From: a virus
Length of the DNA: 64,000 nt
Direction: 5' to 3' (one strand)
IMG/VR virus record: IMGVR_UViG_3300028821_000038
Coordinates: 64,001 to 128,000 of that record
This document shows positions 28,113 to 36,515 of the stretch, piece after piece; the first letter of the stretch is position 1; each line of letters begins with the position of its first letter. The translations under genes were made by a program, and so were the position numbers. Below the pieces are notes generated by a model that saw only the letters and a program-made list of their open reading frames with translations, was not told the origin of the DNA and did no database searches.

Positions 28113-28148
28113 AGGAGGGGGATGACATCCTTCTCCTACTATTTTTTT
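28113..28148 (+). terminator. intrinsic terminator/attenuator after the 52-aa peptide
   Basis: AGGAGGGGGATG-a-CATCCTTCTCCT stem then T7. Confidence 0.65.
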
Positions 28149-28163
28149 AGATAAGGAGAAAGC

Positions 28164-29261
28164 GTGAAGCAGAAAATGAAAAAGACAACAAAGAAAACCA
28201 GAAAGAATATTGAGAGGCCCATAGAAAAAGTCAATATCAAAAATCTTGGCGTTCTGATAATAACAAGGAGTAAGTTATCAGAAATTTGGGATATTGTCAA
28301 AGATAAAGTAGGGAGCAATGAGTTCCAAATACATTATCATTCCGTTACATTCAAATGTTCCAAAGATGGAAGTGATATGTATTTGGTTATCCCTACGGCT
28401 TTTTATACATTCCCGCAGAACATATCCTCTATACTTATAGAATATAAAATGAGTGATATCGAACCTGCGAGCAAAAAGGTTTTAGATATTCACAACAAGG
28501 TAATGCAAAAGATGCATATAGTTGAAGAGTATCTGAATCTTTTGAAGATTTTTGATTCTGTAACACCCATGAGTGTGTTCGACAATAGTCTCCATCGACA
28601 TCCTCATGAGTTTGGGTTCTCAAATATCGATCTGGATAACGATCCAGAAAACCCCGGAATCATATTCAGGAAGAAAAAAGCCCAAAATTATCCACAAATG
28701 GATAGTGTGATGTATTTTGGGAGAAATAACTCATCTATCGTTACCTCCGAATTAAGGTTGGTTACAGTGAAGCCAACAAAAGATGGAGGGATTGAAGGGG
28801 AGTATGTCGAGTGCCCCACTGTCACCATAATAGATCCAAAAAAACAATATGGAATGGAGAGTGTTTTTGGGATCAGGGATGAGAAGTATCCTCATTCTAA
28901 TTTGTGTCAGGTAAAGTATGATATGTCAATAATATCACCCATTATGGCAAGCATACTGCCGAATATAGAATGGGGAGTAACTACCGGCATCAAGCCTCAA
29001 TTCATAGAGACAATAAAAGAAAGAGCCATACCGGCAAATAATTTTTCTAGTATCTTATGGGACGAGGATGAGTTGTGGACGGGAGATAGTCTGGTTCCAG
29101 ATACCAATCTCGAGCTTGAGGCAAAAGAGAGGATTGCTCTAATGTCGGAAGAGGAGATAGCCATGATGAAAAGCATGGGTTTTGACGCCAAAATACCTAC
29201 AGATGTCATAGAGTTCTATGACTACGAGTTGCAAATTCTTACAAGGGGGGCTAAAGAATGA
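28164..29261 (+). CDS. JAB/MPN+ metallo-isopeptidase-like protein
   Basis: Upstream Glu (SNEFQI) and HRHP-x4-FS-x2-D (HRHPHEFGFSNID), like JAMM HxH...S..D. Confidence 0.7.
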   Translation: MKQKMKKTTKKTRKNIERPIEKVNIKNLGVLIITRSKLSEIWDIVKDKVGSNEFQIHYHSVTFKCSKDGSDMYLVIPTAFYTFPQNISSILIEYKMSDIEPASKKVLDIHNKVMQKMHIVEEYLNLLKIFDSVTPMSVFDNSLHRHPHEFGFSNIDLDNDPENPGIIFRKKKAQNYPQMDSVMYFGRNNSSIVTSELRLVTVKPTKDGGIEGEYVECPTVTIIDPKKQYGMESVFGIRDEKYPHSNLCQVKYDMSIISPIMASILPNIEWGVTTGIKPQFIETIKERAIPANNFSSILWDEDELWTGDSLVPDTNLELEAKERIALMSEEEIAMMKSMGFDAKIPTDVIEFYDYELQILTRGAKE

Positions 29262-30196
29262 TATCTGCACTCTATGAAGAGCGATTAGAAAGAAAATACA
29301 TTAAGAAAGCGCCTTTTGAGGATGGGGCGCTGCCATTTCTCTATTTCGCCGATACCAACATCCTTCAGGATGTCCCACTATTAAATCTAAATGCCCCTAT
29401 TTTAATGCCAAACAAGTATCAAGTAGACAGGAATAAAACATATCTGGAGTTACTGAAAGGGATACATAAAAATGCCCAGATTTATTTCCCGCATGAGGAA
29501 ATTCCAGATATGACAGATGACCTAGTTGTAGGCTTGGGAAGTAGGCTAATAGAGGTACTAAACTCATACAACTATATATATGTAATTGGGATTGGTGGCT
29601 ACATGGCAAATATGTTATTTATGATGGATTTATTGTATAGAGTAGGAACAAAAGTCAAGTATAGACCCATTACACAAATAAGATGTTATGATGGGGACAC
29701 GATTACTGCAGATAACATATGTAGAATACTGATTCCTGTTTATAAATATACTTCCAAGGGTATGTCTATGGCATCATATTTTTTGTCAGATATGTCGTCT
29801 TGTTCGACGGAGATGATGTATTTGCCTAAGATATTACAGGCTAATGCACTGGAGATGCCAATCACTACCCGTGGGCATTATTGTGCTCCGACCAGTTTGC
29901 CAGTTGGAACAAACAATACAAACCTCTTTATTGGTTCCCCTGACCTCAAAACAAGGCGGGAACTTTTCGATATAGGCTTTAATTTCATATTCTTTGGGCA
30001 TCATGGGTACCAAACCCAGATGGTGTACCGTCCACTCCCGGATAGCGATATGGCCGTAGAGACTTATGGTCGTATGGATATAAATGCATTTTATGCAGGC
30101 ATCTATATGACATTGCTCAAATTTTTAGAGATTGAGCATCCGATTTTATATCACGATGGCAAGATAATTGCTACATTTAATGCAACAAGGCTTTAG
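29258..30196 (+). CDS. ThiF/E1-like adenylating enzyme
   Basis: YVIGIGG glycine loop, DGDTITADNICR (DxD..xxN.xR), GSPDLKTRREL (D...R). Confidence 0.7.
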   Translation: MISALYEERLERKYIKKAPFEDGALPFLYFADTNILQDVPLLNLNAPILMPNKYQVDRNKTYLELLKGIHKNAQIYFPHEEIPDMTDDLVVGLGSRLIEVLNSYNYIYVIGIGGYMANMLFMMDLLYRVGTKVKYRPITQIRCYDGDTITADNICRILIPVYKYTSKGMSMASYFLSDMSSCSTEMMYLPKILQANALEMPITTRGHYCAPTSLPVGTNNTNLFIGSPDLKTRRELFDIGFNFIFFGHHGYQTQMVYRPLPDSDMAVETYGRMDINAFYAGIYMTLLKFLEIEHPILYHDGKIIATFNATRL

Positions 30197-30204
30197 GAAC
30201 ACAC

Positions 30205-31326
30205 ATGGGACAAATAAATTTCAATGTATTCAATAAGACAGGAGTCGATGATGACTTTTGCAAGAAAATCATCAAAAATGGGCTGGATTTTCCCATCTTG
30301 GACGATATATCCACATCGGATATTTTGGCGGGATACACCGCTGTTTGGCAGAACACTATAAATGATATATTCAACGATGTTTCTAAAAATATTGGCTTCA
30401 GTAAGTATAACATATGTTACGAAGCTAGTGATGAAGCAATCGACGAATACGATTTAATTGGTGAAGTCAACATAGAAAACATTGAAGGCTATTTCTACAT
30501 AACGAAATATGATAAGCTAGATGTCATCGGGCATATCGAACTTTCGTCATGCATAAAAATAAACGACCAAAGTGATCTCAATACAACGATGGTGTTTATT
30601 GAGGCAATGGTTGAAAAAAATGAATTATACGGAATTTTGCTGACTGATGGTGTAGGAAATTTCTTGAATCCAGCACATCCGATTGTGGCTAAAAGGGTGA
30701 GAGAGGTTGGGATAGAGTATTTCTTCAACAAGCCATTTAAGATTATTGTATATGCCTGGCGCAAAACAGCAACAAGCGCTGGGCGTTTTACCAATATGTA
30801 TACATTAACACCGCTCTCTAGACCGATAACGGAGCCGGTGATGAAAATAAAAAGTGCAAGTAATGCGGTAAGCATATTTAAGCCATATTCCAAGCACCCT
30901 TTAAAAAATGTCCATGTAGACATCAACATAAATGACAGGAAGCTGTGTGACAATTATGTGGTGGTGCCAGTGCAAGTTGCACAGTATAAGGGAATCGTAT
31001 ATCCCTGGTATGGTGCCGTAGCCAGGGAAATTGGGGCAAAAACGGGGTTTAATATTGGCCCGATGTTATCCCCAAATATATCTAGTGAGTTTTCCGAATG
31101 TGAGTGTGATATGGAAAGGATATCATATACTCTGGATAATTCCGGTTTTAGCTCACTGCCGTTTGATGTCTGTACTGGCTCATATCCTGTAGCATCTATA
31201 GAGGGGTTTGCTACCTTAAATGTTGCAAATTTTGATTCTCCATACCACAGTAACGCCTGCAATATGGATCCTGTATTCATAAAGACTGCAATGGCTAAAC
31301 AGTCACTGGAGATTTTGAGGTCATGA
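30205..31326 (+). CDS. prokaryotic E2/UBC-like protein
   Basis: LSPNIS...DVCTG...LNVANFDSPY, like HPNI...ICxG...NxxSPY; operon context. Confidence 0.55.
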   Translation: MGQINFNVFNKTGVDDDFCKKIIKNGLDFPILDDISTSDILAGYTAVWQNTINDIFNDVSKNIGFSKYNICYEASDEAIDEYDLIGEVNIENIEGYFYITKYDKLDVIGHIELSSCIKINDQSDLNTTMVFIEAMVEKNELYGILLTDGVGNFLNPAHPIVAKRVREVGIEYFFNKPFKIIVYAWRKTATSAGRFTNMYTLTPLSRPITEPVMKIKSASNAVSIFKPYSKHPLKNVHVDININDRKLCDNYVVVPVQVAQYKGIVYPWYGAVAREIGAKTGFNIGPMLSPNISSEFSECECDMERISYTLDNSGFSSLPFDVCTGSYPVASIEGFATLNVANFDSPYHSNACNMDPVFIKTAMAKQSLEILRS

Positions 31327-31784
31327 AAGAGGTAGAGATATACACAGACGGAGCATGCGATGTGCACCAGACCAAGACAGGTGGATGGTGCGCGATAGTT
31401 ATATATGGCGACCTAAAGAAGATCATAAGTGGAGGTGCTAAAAACACTACCAATAACCAAATGGAACTCACGGCGGTAATAGAGGGACTAGAGATTCTCA
31501 AAGAGCCATGCCGTATAAAGATATACAGTGACTCCAGATATGTAATAGACGCCATAAATTCACGCCTAAAGAATTGGGTACTGAGAGGCCTGGATGAGAA
31601 TTACCTAAACCCAGACCTATGGCGCAGATACATATTCACTGCATATCCCCATGAGGTTGAAGGAATATGGATTAGGGGCCACAATGGAAACAAACTAAAT
31701 GAGGAGTGCGATGCGATAGCAAAGAAAGAGATAAAGAAACTAAAAGGACGAAACACCCAAAGCTCTGCTCCATTCGACATATAA
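31323..31784 (+). CDS. rnhA: ribonuclease HI
   Basis: IYTDGAC, TTNNQMELTA, SDSRYV, NPDLW, WIRGHNG..NEECD. Confidence 0.95.
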   Translation: MKEVEIYTDGACDVHQTKTGGWCAIVIYGDLKKIISGGAKNTTNNQMELTAVIEGLEILKEPCRIKIYSDSRYVIDAINSRLKNWVLRGLDENYLNPDLWRRYIFTAYPHEVEGIWIRGHNGNKLNEECDAIAKKEIKKLKGRNTQSSAPFDI

Positions 31785-31932
31785 GTCTGCATTGGCGAAG
31801 CCCCCTCCGACAGATAGTCTACCAACGGAGGGAGGGGAAAACTTTTTGAGTTTGGGTCGTTTTGTGGGCGGAGGTGTACCCACGGCGATATTATACTAAA
31901 AACAGTACCAAAAAGCAAAAAAAGGAAAAAAA

Positions 31933-32277
31933 ATGAAATCTCTGCGCGAAAAATACGGCCTTACAACACCAGAGGCCGTAATAGATGTAATGAAAAAAGA
32001 GGCGGAGCCATTAATAGATGAATTTATGGCTACCAAAAAGATAACGACAGAACTGTCCACAGAAGAGAAGGTAAAAATATTGTTAGCCACATTAACGGTA
32101 TCCTTCTCAACAGAAACAATGCAGGGGTTTGCAGCAGGAAGTGCCTTTGCGCTGTCAACATGCCCAAACACAGATGATGTGAAAACATTCGAAGATGGGC
32201 TGAAGAACATAGTGGGGAGGATGTCTACCGAAAAGTTTATACTGAAAATAATGGGCATTCTTATAACAAGAGACTAA
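31933..32277 (+). CDS. hypothetical protein (paralog of next gene)
   Basis: AAAGGA RBS; shared EEK...F..G..F....P segment. Confidence 0.6.
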   Translation: MKSLREKYGLTTPEAVIDVMKKEAEPLIDEFMATKKITTELSTEEKVKILLATLTVSFSTETMQGFAAGSAFALSTCPNTDDVKTFEDGLKNIVGRMSTEKFILKIMGILITRD

Positions 32278-32291
32278 AAAAAGGAGACAAA

Positions 32292-32651
32292 ATGATAGAT
32301 TTCGAAATTTTTAACAAGTACGATATATCTTCTTTAGAAGATATGCTCAAATTTACAAACAAAATGGAGAAAAAAGACAAGGAGAAGTGGACCAATGAGG
32401 AGAAACAAGTATACATCATGGTGACAGTGGTACTCAGTATTCCAGTAGCGGAGATAGATGCCTTCCTGCTGGGGTGCGGTTTTATCGCCACTACGATCCC
32501 AGCTCTAAAGGCTTCAAACTTCATAGAGCAAACCGAGTACATGGGCGCAGTGATGGAGGTTGATCAAATTTTGAGGCTTTGCGCAACTCTTCAACATAAA
32601 GCTTGGAATAGACATAAAGAGAAAGAGAAGAAAAACAAAGGGAAAAGATGA
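32292..32651 (+). CDS. hypothetical protein (paralog of previous gene)
   Basis: AAGGAG RBS. Confidence 0.6.
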   Translation: MIDFEIFNKYDISSLEDMLKFTNKMEKKDKEKWTNEEKQVYIMVTVVLSIPVAEIDAFLLGCGFIATTIPALKASNFIEQTEYMGAVMEVDQILRLCATLQHKAWNRHKEKEKKNKGKR

Positions 32652-32703
32652 TAGCTGACGACCTCAATCTCACACAGCTATCAGACGGCGATAGGAGGCA
32701 ACA

Positions 32704-33192
32704 ATGATAGACAGAGTGAAGATTAGATTTCCCATTATCCCCGGTAGAATATATTATACCGGGGACGGCAGGGAGATTCGTATCTACACCACGGATGGTG
32801 GCGGACATTATCCCGTCCATGGCGGAATATGGACAACCAAGTATGGGCCCGGATATTGGGAGCCACAGAGTTGGACGCTCGAAGGACGAAAGGTTATCGG
32901 AGACATAACCGATGACGACATTAAGTACGAAAAGACCGGGGAGGCCAAAGAGGGAATGAAGCTGTACAGAGAGGATATTGTCGTCAAAAAAACAGGCGAC
33001 GAAATAGTAGTCACGGAAAAAGAGGATGCTACGCCTATACTCTCCTTGCCAAGCTGCGTAGAGAAGCACACTGAGCAAATCATCAAGCAAGTCATAGATT
33101 TGGTCAACAGCGCCTATGAGTCTGGCGTGAAAATAGGAGAGTGGCATAAGCAAAAGGAGGTTAAAGCTGTTCTAGGTATAAGGGAGGCGTGA
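32704..33192 (+). CDS. hypothetical protein
   Basis: AGGAGG RBS. Confidence 0.65.
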   Translation: MIDRVKIRFPIIPGRIYYTGDGREIRIYTTDGGGHYPVHGGIWTTKYGPGYWEPQSWTLEGRKVIGDITDDDIKYEKTGEAKEGMKLYREDIVVKKTGDEIVVTEKEDATPILSLPSCVEKHTEQIIKQVIDLVNSAYESGVKIGEWHKQKEVKAVLGIREA

Positions 33193-33193
33193 A

Positions 33194-33442
33194 ATGTGGA
33201 AGTTTGAGAAGAGTGTAGGTGGAACTGCAATAAACGGTTACTCAGTTGAAAAATACACCCAGAAAGATGGGAAAATAAAGCTGCAGATAGAGAAATACAC
33301 AAGGAGCACGGGGCAAAAAATAATCTTCAAGAACGAGAAGCAGTATAAAAAGTTTCTCGACGATAACACCGATGAAGATGACTGGATTACCAACAGAGGC
33401 CGTGTGGTCTGGAATCTACTAGAAGCAATAAGAAACCAATAA
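33194..33442 (+). CDS. hypothetical protein
   Basis: GGAGG RBS. Confidence 0.6.
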   Translation: MWKFEKSVGGTAINGYSVEKYTQKDGKIKLQIEKYTRSTGQKIIFKNEKQYKKFLDDNTDEDDWITNRGRVVWNLLEAIRNQ

Positions 33443-33455
33443 AAAAGGAAATAAA

Positions 33456-34019
33456 ATGAAAGCATATAATCTTAAAGCTACTGAAGTGGAGCTTGCTAGC
33501 GGGGTAAAATTCCCCGCTGTAGTGTTGGGCGAGAGGGGCAGAGGCAGGAGGCAGGTTTTCGTCCCATGCCCCGAGGGGCTCAAGGATGGAGACTCTGTAG
33601 TACTAAAGGAAACCCGCACGGGTCGCCCCAAAGTCGTGAGAGGCGGGAGTGAGGACGGTTTCTGGCTGGCACATATCAGCACCGAGGCCGCATATATCCG
33701 CGGTGCTCGTGGCAGAGTATATGTGCATAAAGACGATAAAGACAAACTTCAGGTGATAGAGCAGGGCTGGGGCGCCTTTGGCGCTGCCGGCCGGGTGGGG
33801 AACTGGGACGATTTGCTGCTGCGTATAGATGCGTCCACCCCAGTCGTACTAGGGGTGAAGCCGAGCAGGGGTCCGTTGTATTATCTTCTTTTTTTGAGTG
33901 ACGAGATAAAACGATTTAGCTCAATAGAAGATCTAAAGATAGAAATCGATGTACTGGAGATAGACTGTAACACCCTTAATGGGGAAGACACAGTAGTATT
34001 AAGCAAGGAGCATATATAA
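33456..34019 (+). CDS. hypothetical protein (locally higher GC)
   Basis: AAAGGA RBS, 187 aa. Confidence 0.65.
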   Translation: MKAYNLKATEVELASGVKFPAVVLGERGRGRRQVFVPCPEGLKDGDSVVLKETRTGRPKVVRGGSEDGFWLAHISTEAAYIRGARGRVYVHKDDKDKLQVIEQGWGAFGAAGRVGNWDDLLLRIDASTPVVLGVKPSRGPLYYLLFLSDEIKRFSSIEDLKIEIDVLEIDCNTLNGEDTVVLSKEHI

Positions 34020-34031
34020 AGGGGGTATTTT

Positions 34032-34481
34032 TTGGAAAAAGAGGATGAGAAATTAATCCGGATAGTCAGCGAACATATAGGTCACACTGTTAAGCGAGTT
34101 ACTTTCGCTGTAGATGCATCAACTTTGCTATGGTGCGATCCTAAAGACATCTATTGGACTCTATATGAAGGATGGAGGCCTAGATACGATATAACTATCG
34201 AGAATCTCATTTCTGAGGAATATATAGCCAAATATCTTGACGCAGATATTGGTCTATTAGTGTTCGATAGTGTCAAAGAGTTTAATAAATTTAAGGAGTA
34301 TATGGATGCGGTAAAGCTTGCAATAGAAGAAGAATGCGAGGAAATTGTATTTGAGTTGGAGGAAGGTGATTTATCCCTTAATAAAGCAGGGACAGATAGG
34401 TTTGAGTATAGAATCTACGAAAGGTTTAAAAAAAGAGTAGATGAGTACACAAAAAAACTTCAAGAAAAGGAAATAAAATGA
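34032..34481 (+). CDS. hypothetical protein
   Basis: TTG start, 149 aa. Confidence 0.55.
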   Translation: MEKEDEKLIRIVSEHIGHTVKRVTFAVDASTLLWCDPKDIYWTLYEGWRPRYDITIENLISEEYIAKYLDADIGLLVFDSVKEFNKFKEYMDAVKLAIEEECEEIVFELEEGDLSLNKAGTDRFEYRIYERFKKRVDEYTKKLQEKEIK

Positions 34482-34647
34482 AAGAGTAAATTAGAAAAAT
34501 AGTAGAAGAAATCCCCGAAGATGCTGCATTCTTTATAGTCTACAAACACGAAGACGGTCACAATGGGATGAGCAGCACAGGGGATATGAATCCTATAGTA
34601 TATCGTTGAGGTATCTTCTGGGGTAGTTGTCCGTGGCAGTTGTCTTC

Positions 34648-34708
34648 AAAAAAAAGACTAAGAAGCCGGTAGGCAAGCTACCTGCTGCTTCTTAGCCAGT
34701 TTTTTTTG
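34648..34708. terminator. bidirectional intrinsic terminator
   Basis: A-run, CTAAGAAGC..GGTAG/CTACC..GCTTCTTAG stem, T-run. Confidence 0.75.
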
Positions 34709-34864
34709 AAACCAGTCTTCCAAGACCGAGGTTTCTTTTTTTTATTTATTTTTTTTTATTTTTTTTTGCCAAGAATTTTTTATGCGAGGATAAAAAGAAA
34801 GGCAGATAAGATTAAGAGAAAATAAAGCTTTGCTAAGAGAACCTTTTGATTGGAGATTTAGGAA

Positions 34865-35200
34865 ATTAAGCATAGTGAGCCCCTGTCGAGTGTCTTTTTA
34901 CAGACCAGAGAACACTATACTCAAAAGAACCTCCGTCATGTCGAAATGAGGTTTCTTCGCAGCTGCCGTCGCAGCGATAGCATTTCCGTGGGGTTGCCCG
35001 GTCACGGTGACTTCCATATGCAGTGCACTTAGGAAGACGCTACCAAGTGAGTGGCCCGTATACCCCACTAAAACCAACCAAAATAGGCCAGGACAACGGC
35101 TTTGCTATCCCCCGTCGGGGAAAATCGCATATCCTTTTCAGCTTTAGGCTTTCGCCCCGTGCTGCCCCCCGCAGGGTTGTGGACTTCTACTATTTAGGAG
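34865..35200 (-). ncRNA. candidate structured non-coding RNA
   Basis: GC-rich, ORF-poor, many hairpins incl. GAAA and GCAA loops on the minus strand. Confidence 0.4.
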
Positions 35201-35204
35201 GGAT

Positions 35205-35233
35205 TTGCAAGATTTGATTTTTTTTGTTATAAT
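35205..35233 (+). promoter_or_regulatory. near-consensus sigma70 promoter with no downstream ORF
   Basis: TTGCAA-17 bp-TATAAT with TGn extension. Confidence 0.7.
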
Positions 35234-35500
35234 TCAAACCTCACAAAACGCTTGGCCCAGCTTCAGTTGGTTGGCTCTCTTGAGCCGTGGGGAAGCTGGG
35301 TCAAAACTCCCTAGGACGCTCACAAAACGCCCCGAAACTTCGAAAGTATAACCAATCATCCTTAATCAATCTTTAGCGGATATCTTTGTGCCATATTCAA
35401 TATGGTTTAAGGTTAAAGAGGTGTTTTTTTAATATTTTTACATATTGAAAAGTGTATATTTCAAAATATTAATCAATAAAATCCGACACAAATTTTCTCC

Positions 35501-35784
35501 ATAAGTACGTCTAGGCGTAGTAATGTAAAGCTCCCTATTATCGGGCTTTGAAGGCCACAAGTACCTCTAGGTGTAGTAATACAACTACCTCTAGGCGTAG
35601 TAATGAAGAAAGCCCTATATTTGGGGATTTGGCGAAATCTTAAACGAAAATACACTAAAAAATACACCAAAAATACTCCATAAGTACGTCTAGGCGTAGC
35701 AATGAAGAGGCCCCGTAAAAAGGGAGTTTGCAGTCCACAACTACCTCTAGGCGTAGTAATACAAGTACGCCTAGGCGAAGTAAT
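35501..35784. repeat. six 24-bp palindromic repeats (candidate origin iterons or packaging site)
   Basis: A(C/T)AA(G/C)TAC(G/C)TCTAGGCGTAGTAAT at 35501, 35557, 35581, 35680, 35737, 35761. Confidence 0.85.
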
Positions 35785-35858
35785 GGAAAATTGCTAAATT
35801 TCTTTATATTTTTAGATTATTTTCGATGCTTAAGCGAAATGTTGTATATCGCAGTTTT

Positions 35859-35867
35859 TGATATAAT
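35859..35867 (+). promoter_or_regulatory. extended -10 promoter
   Basis: TGATATAAT before ORF 35887. Confidence 0.55.
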
Positions 35868-35886
35868 AAACAAAAAAGGATTCCAT

Positions 35887-36357
35887 ATGAAGAAAAAAGA
35901 AAGCGTTTCGAAACAACTAAGAGAGAAAATAAAAAGGCTCAAAAAAGAAGAGCTTGCTTATGCCGCCCTCCCTGGTGCTCTTCCTCTTGGGGCTGCTCCT
36001 GTAGCTGGAATGGCAATGGGTAACAGAAGTGGGCATAAAACAGCAGGATTCTTCCTGGGGCCATCTGGTGTTCTTGGTGCTGAGGATAAGAATACAGGCA
36101 AAAATCACGCTGCTGAGGCTATTATTGGTCCCGCGCTTGGAGCAGGGATTGTGGGCGGACTTGCTGGTGTTAAAAATTCTGCAGGTTCACCTCTTAGTAG
36201 AGCACGCCTAGCATCTATTATGGCGACTGGTGGTCTTCTTGGTGGGGCTGCTGGAGGTACATTTTCTTATTATATGGGAAAAGGTCTAGGTAAAAAATAT
36301 AGCAAAAATGAGGCGGCTTTGGAGGATATCAATCCAAAATATATTTCTAAAAAATAA
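35887..36357 (+). CDS. glycine-zipper protein (putative virion/ejection protein)
   Basis: Start ATG 35887 after AAAAGGA; GxxxG hydrophobic runs. Confidence 0.6.
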   Translation: MKKKESVSKQLREKIKRLKKEELAYAALPGALPLGAAPVAGMAMGNRSGHKTAGFFLGPSGVLGAEDKNTGKNHAAEAIIGPALGAGIVGGLAGVKNSAGSPLSRARLASIMATGGLLGGAAGGTFSYYMGKGLGKKYSKNEAALEDINPKYISKK

Positions 36358-36515
36358 ATACAATGGGGCCGCATTGCGCCCCTTCTTCTCTTCTCGTTTT
36401 TAATCTTCTTTTTACTACTTATTAGTCGTTTGGTTTTGTGATGATTTAGATGGTATATATCATTGGATAGGAATGTTTGCTAGAAATAGCCAATATTATT
36501 TATAAAGGAGAAGAA

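Noticed and set aside
29258-30196. Thiamine/molybdopterin biosynthesis ThiF/MoeB
   Set aside because: No ThiS/MoaD beta-grasp carrier or pathway genes and no Zn CxxC; neighbours are JAB and E2-like
34735-34768. Poly-T tract as a phase-variation switch
   Set aside because: Intergenic, just past a terminator and not within a gene or evident promoter spacer
34865-35200. RNase P RNA or group I intron
   Set aside because: Only a partial GAAGTCC match; conserved P4 or P7 elements not found and no interrupted gene
35501-35784. CRISPR array
   Set aside because: Spacings are 32, 0, 75, 33 and 0 bp, the spacers resemble one another, and no cas genes are present
35728-35886. N-terminal extension of ORF 35728 (STTTSRRSN repeats)
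   Set aside because: Translation of the DNA repeats; promoter and RBS point to ATG 35887
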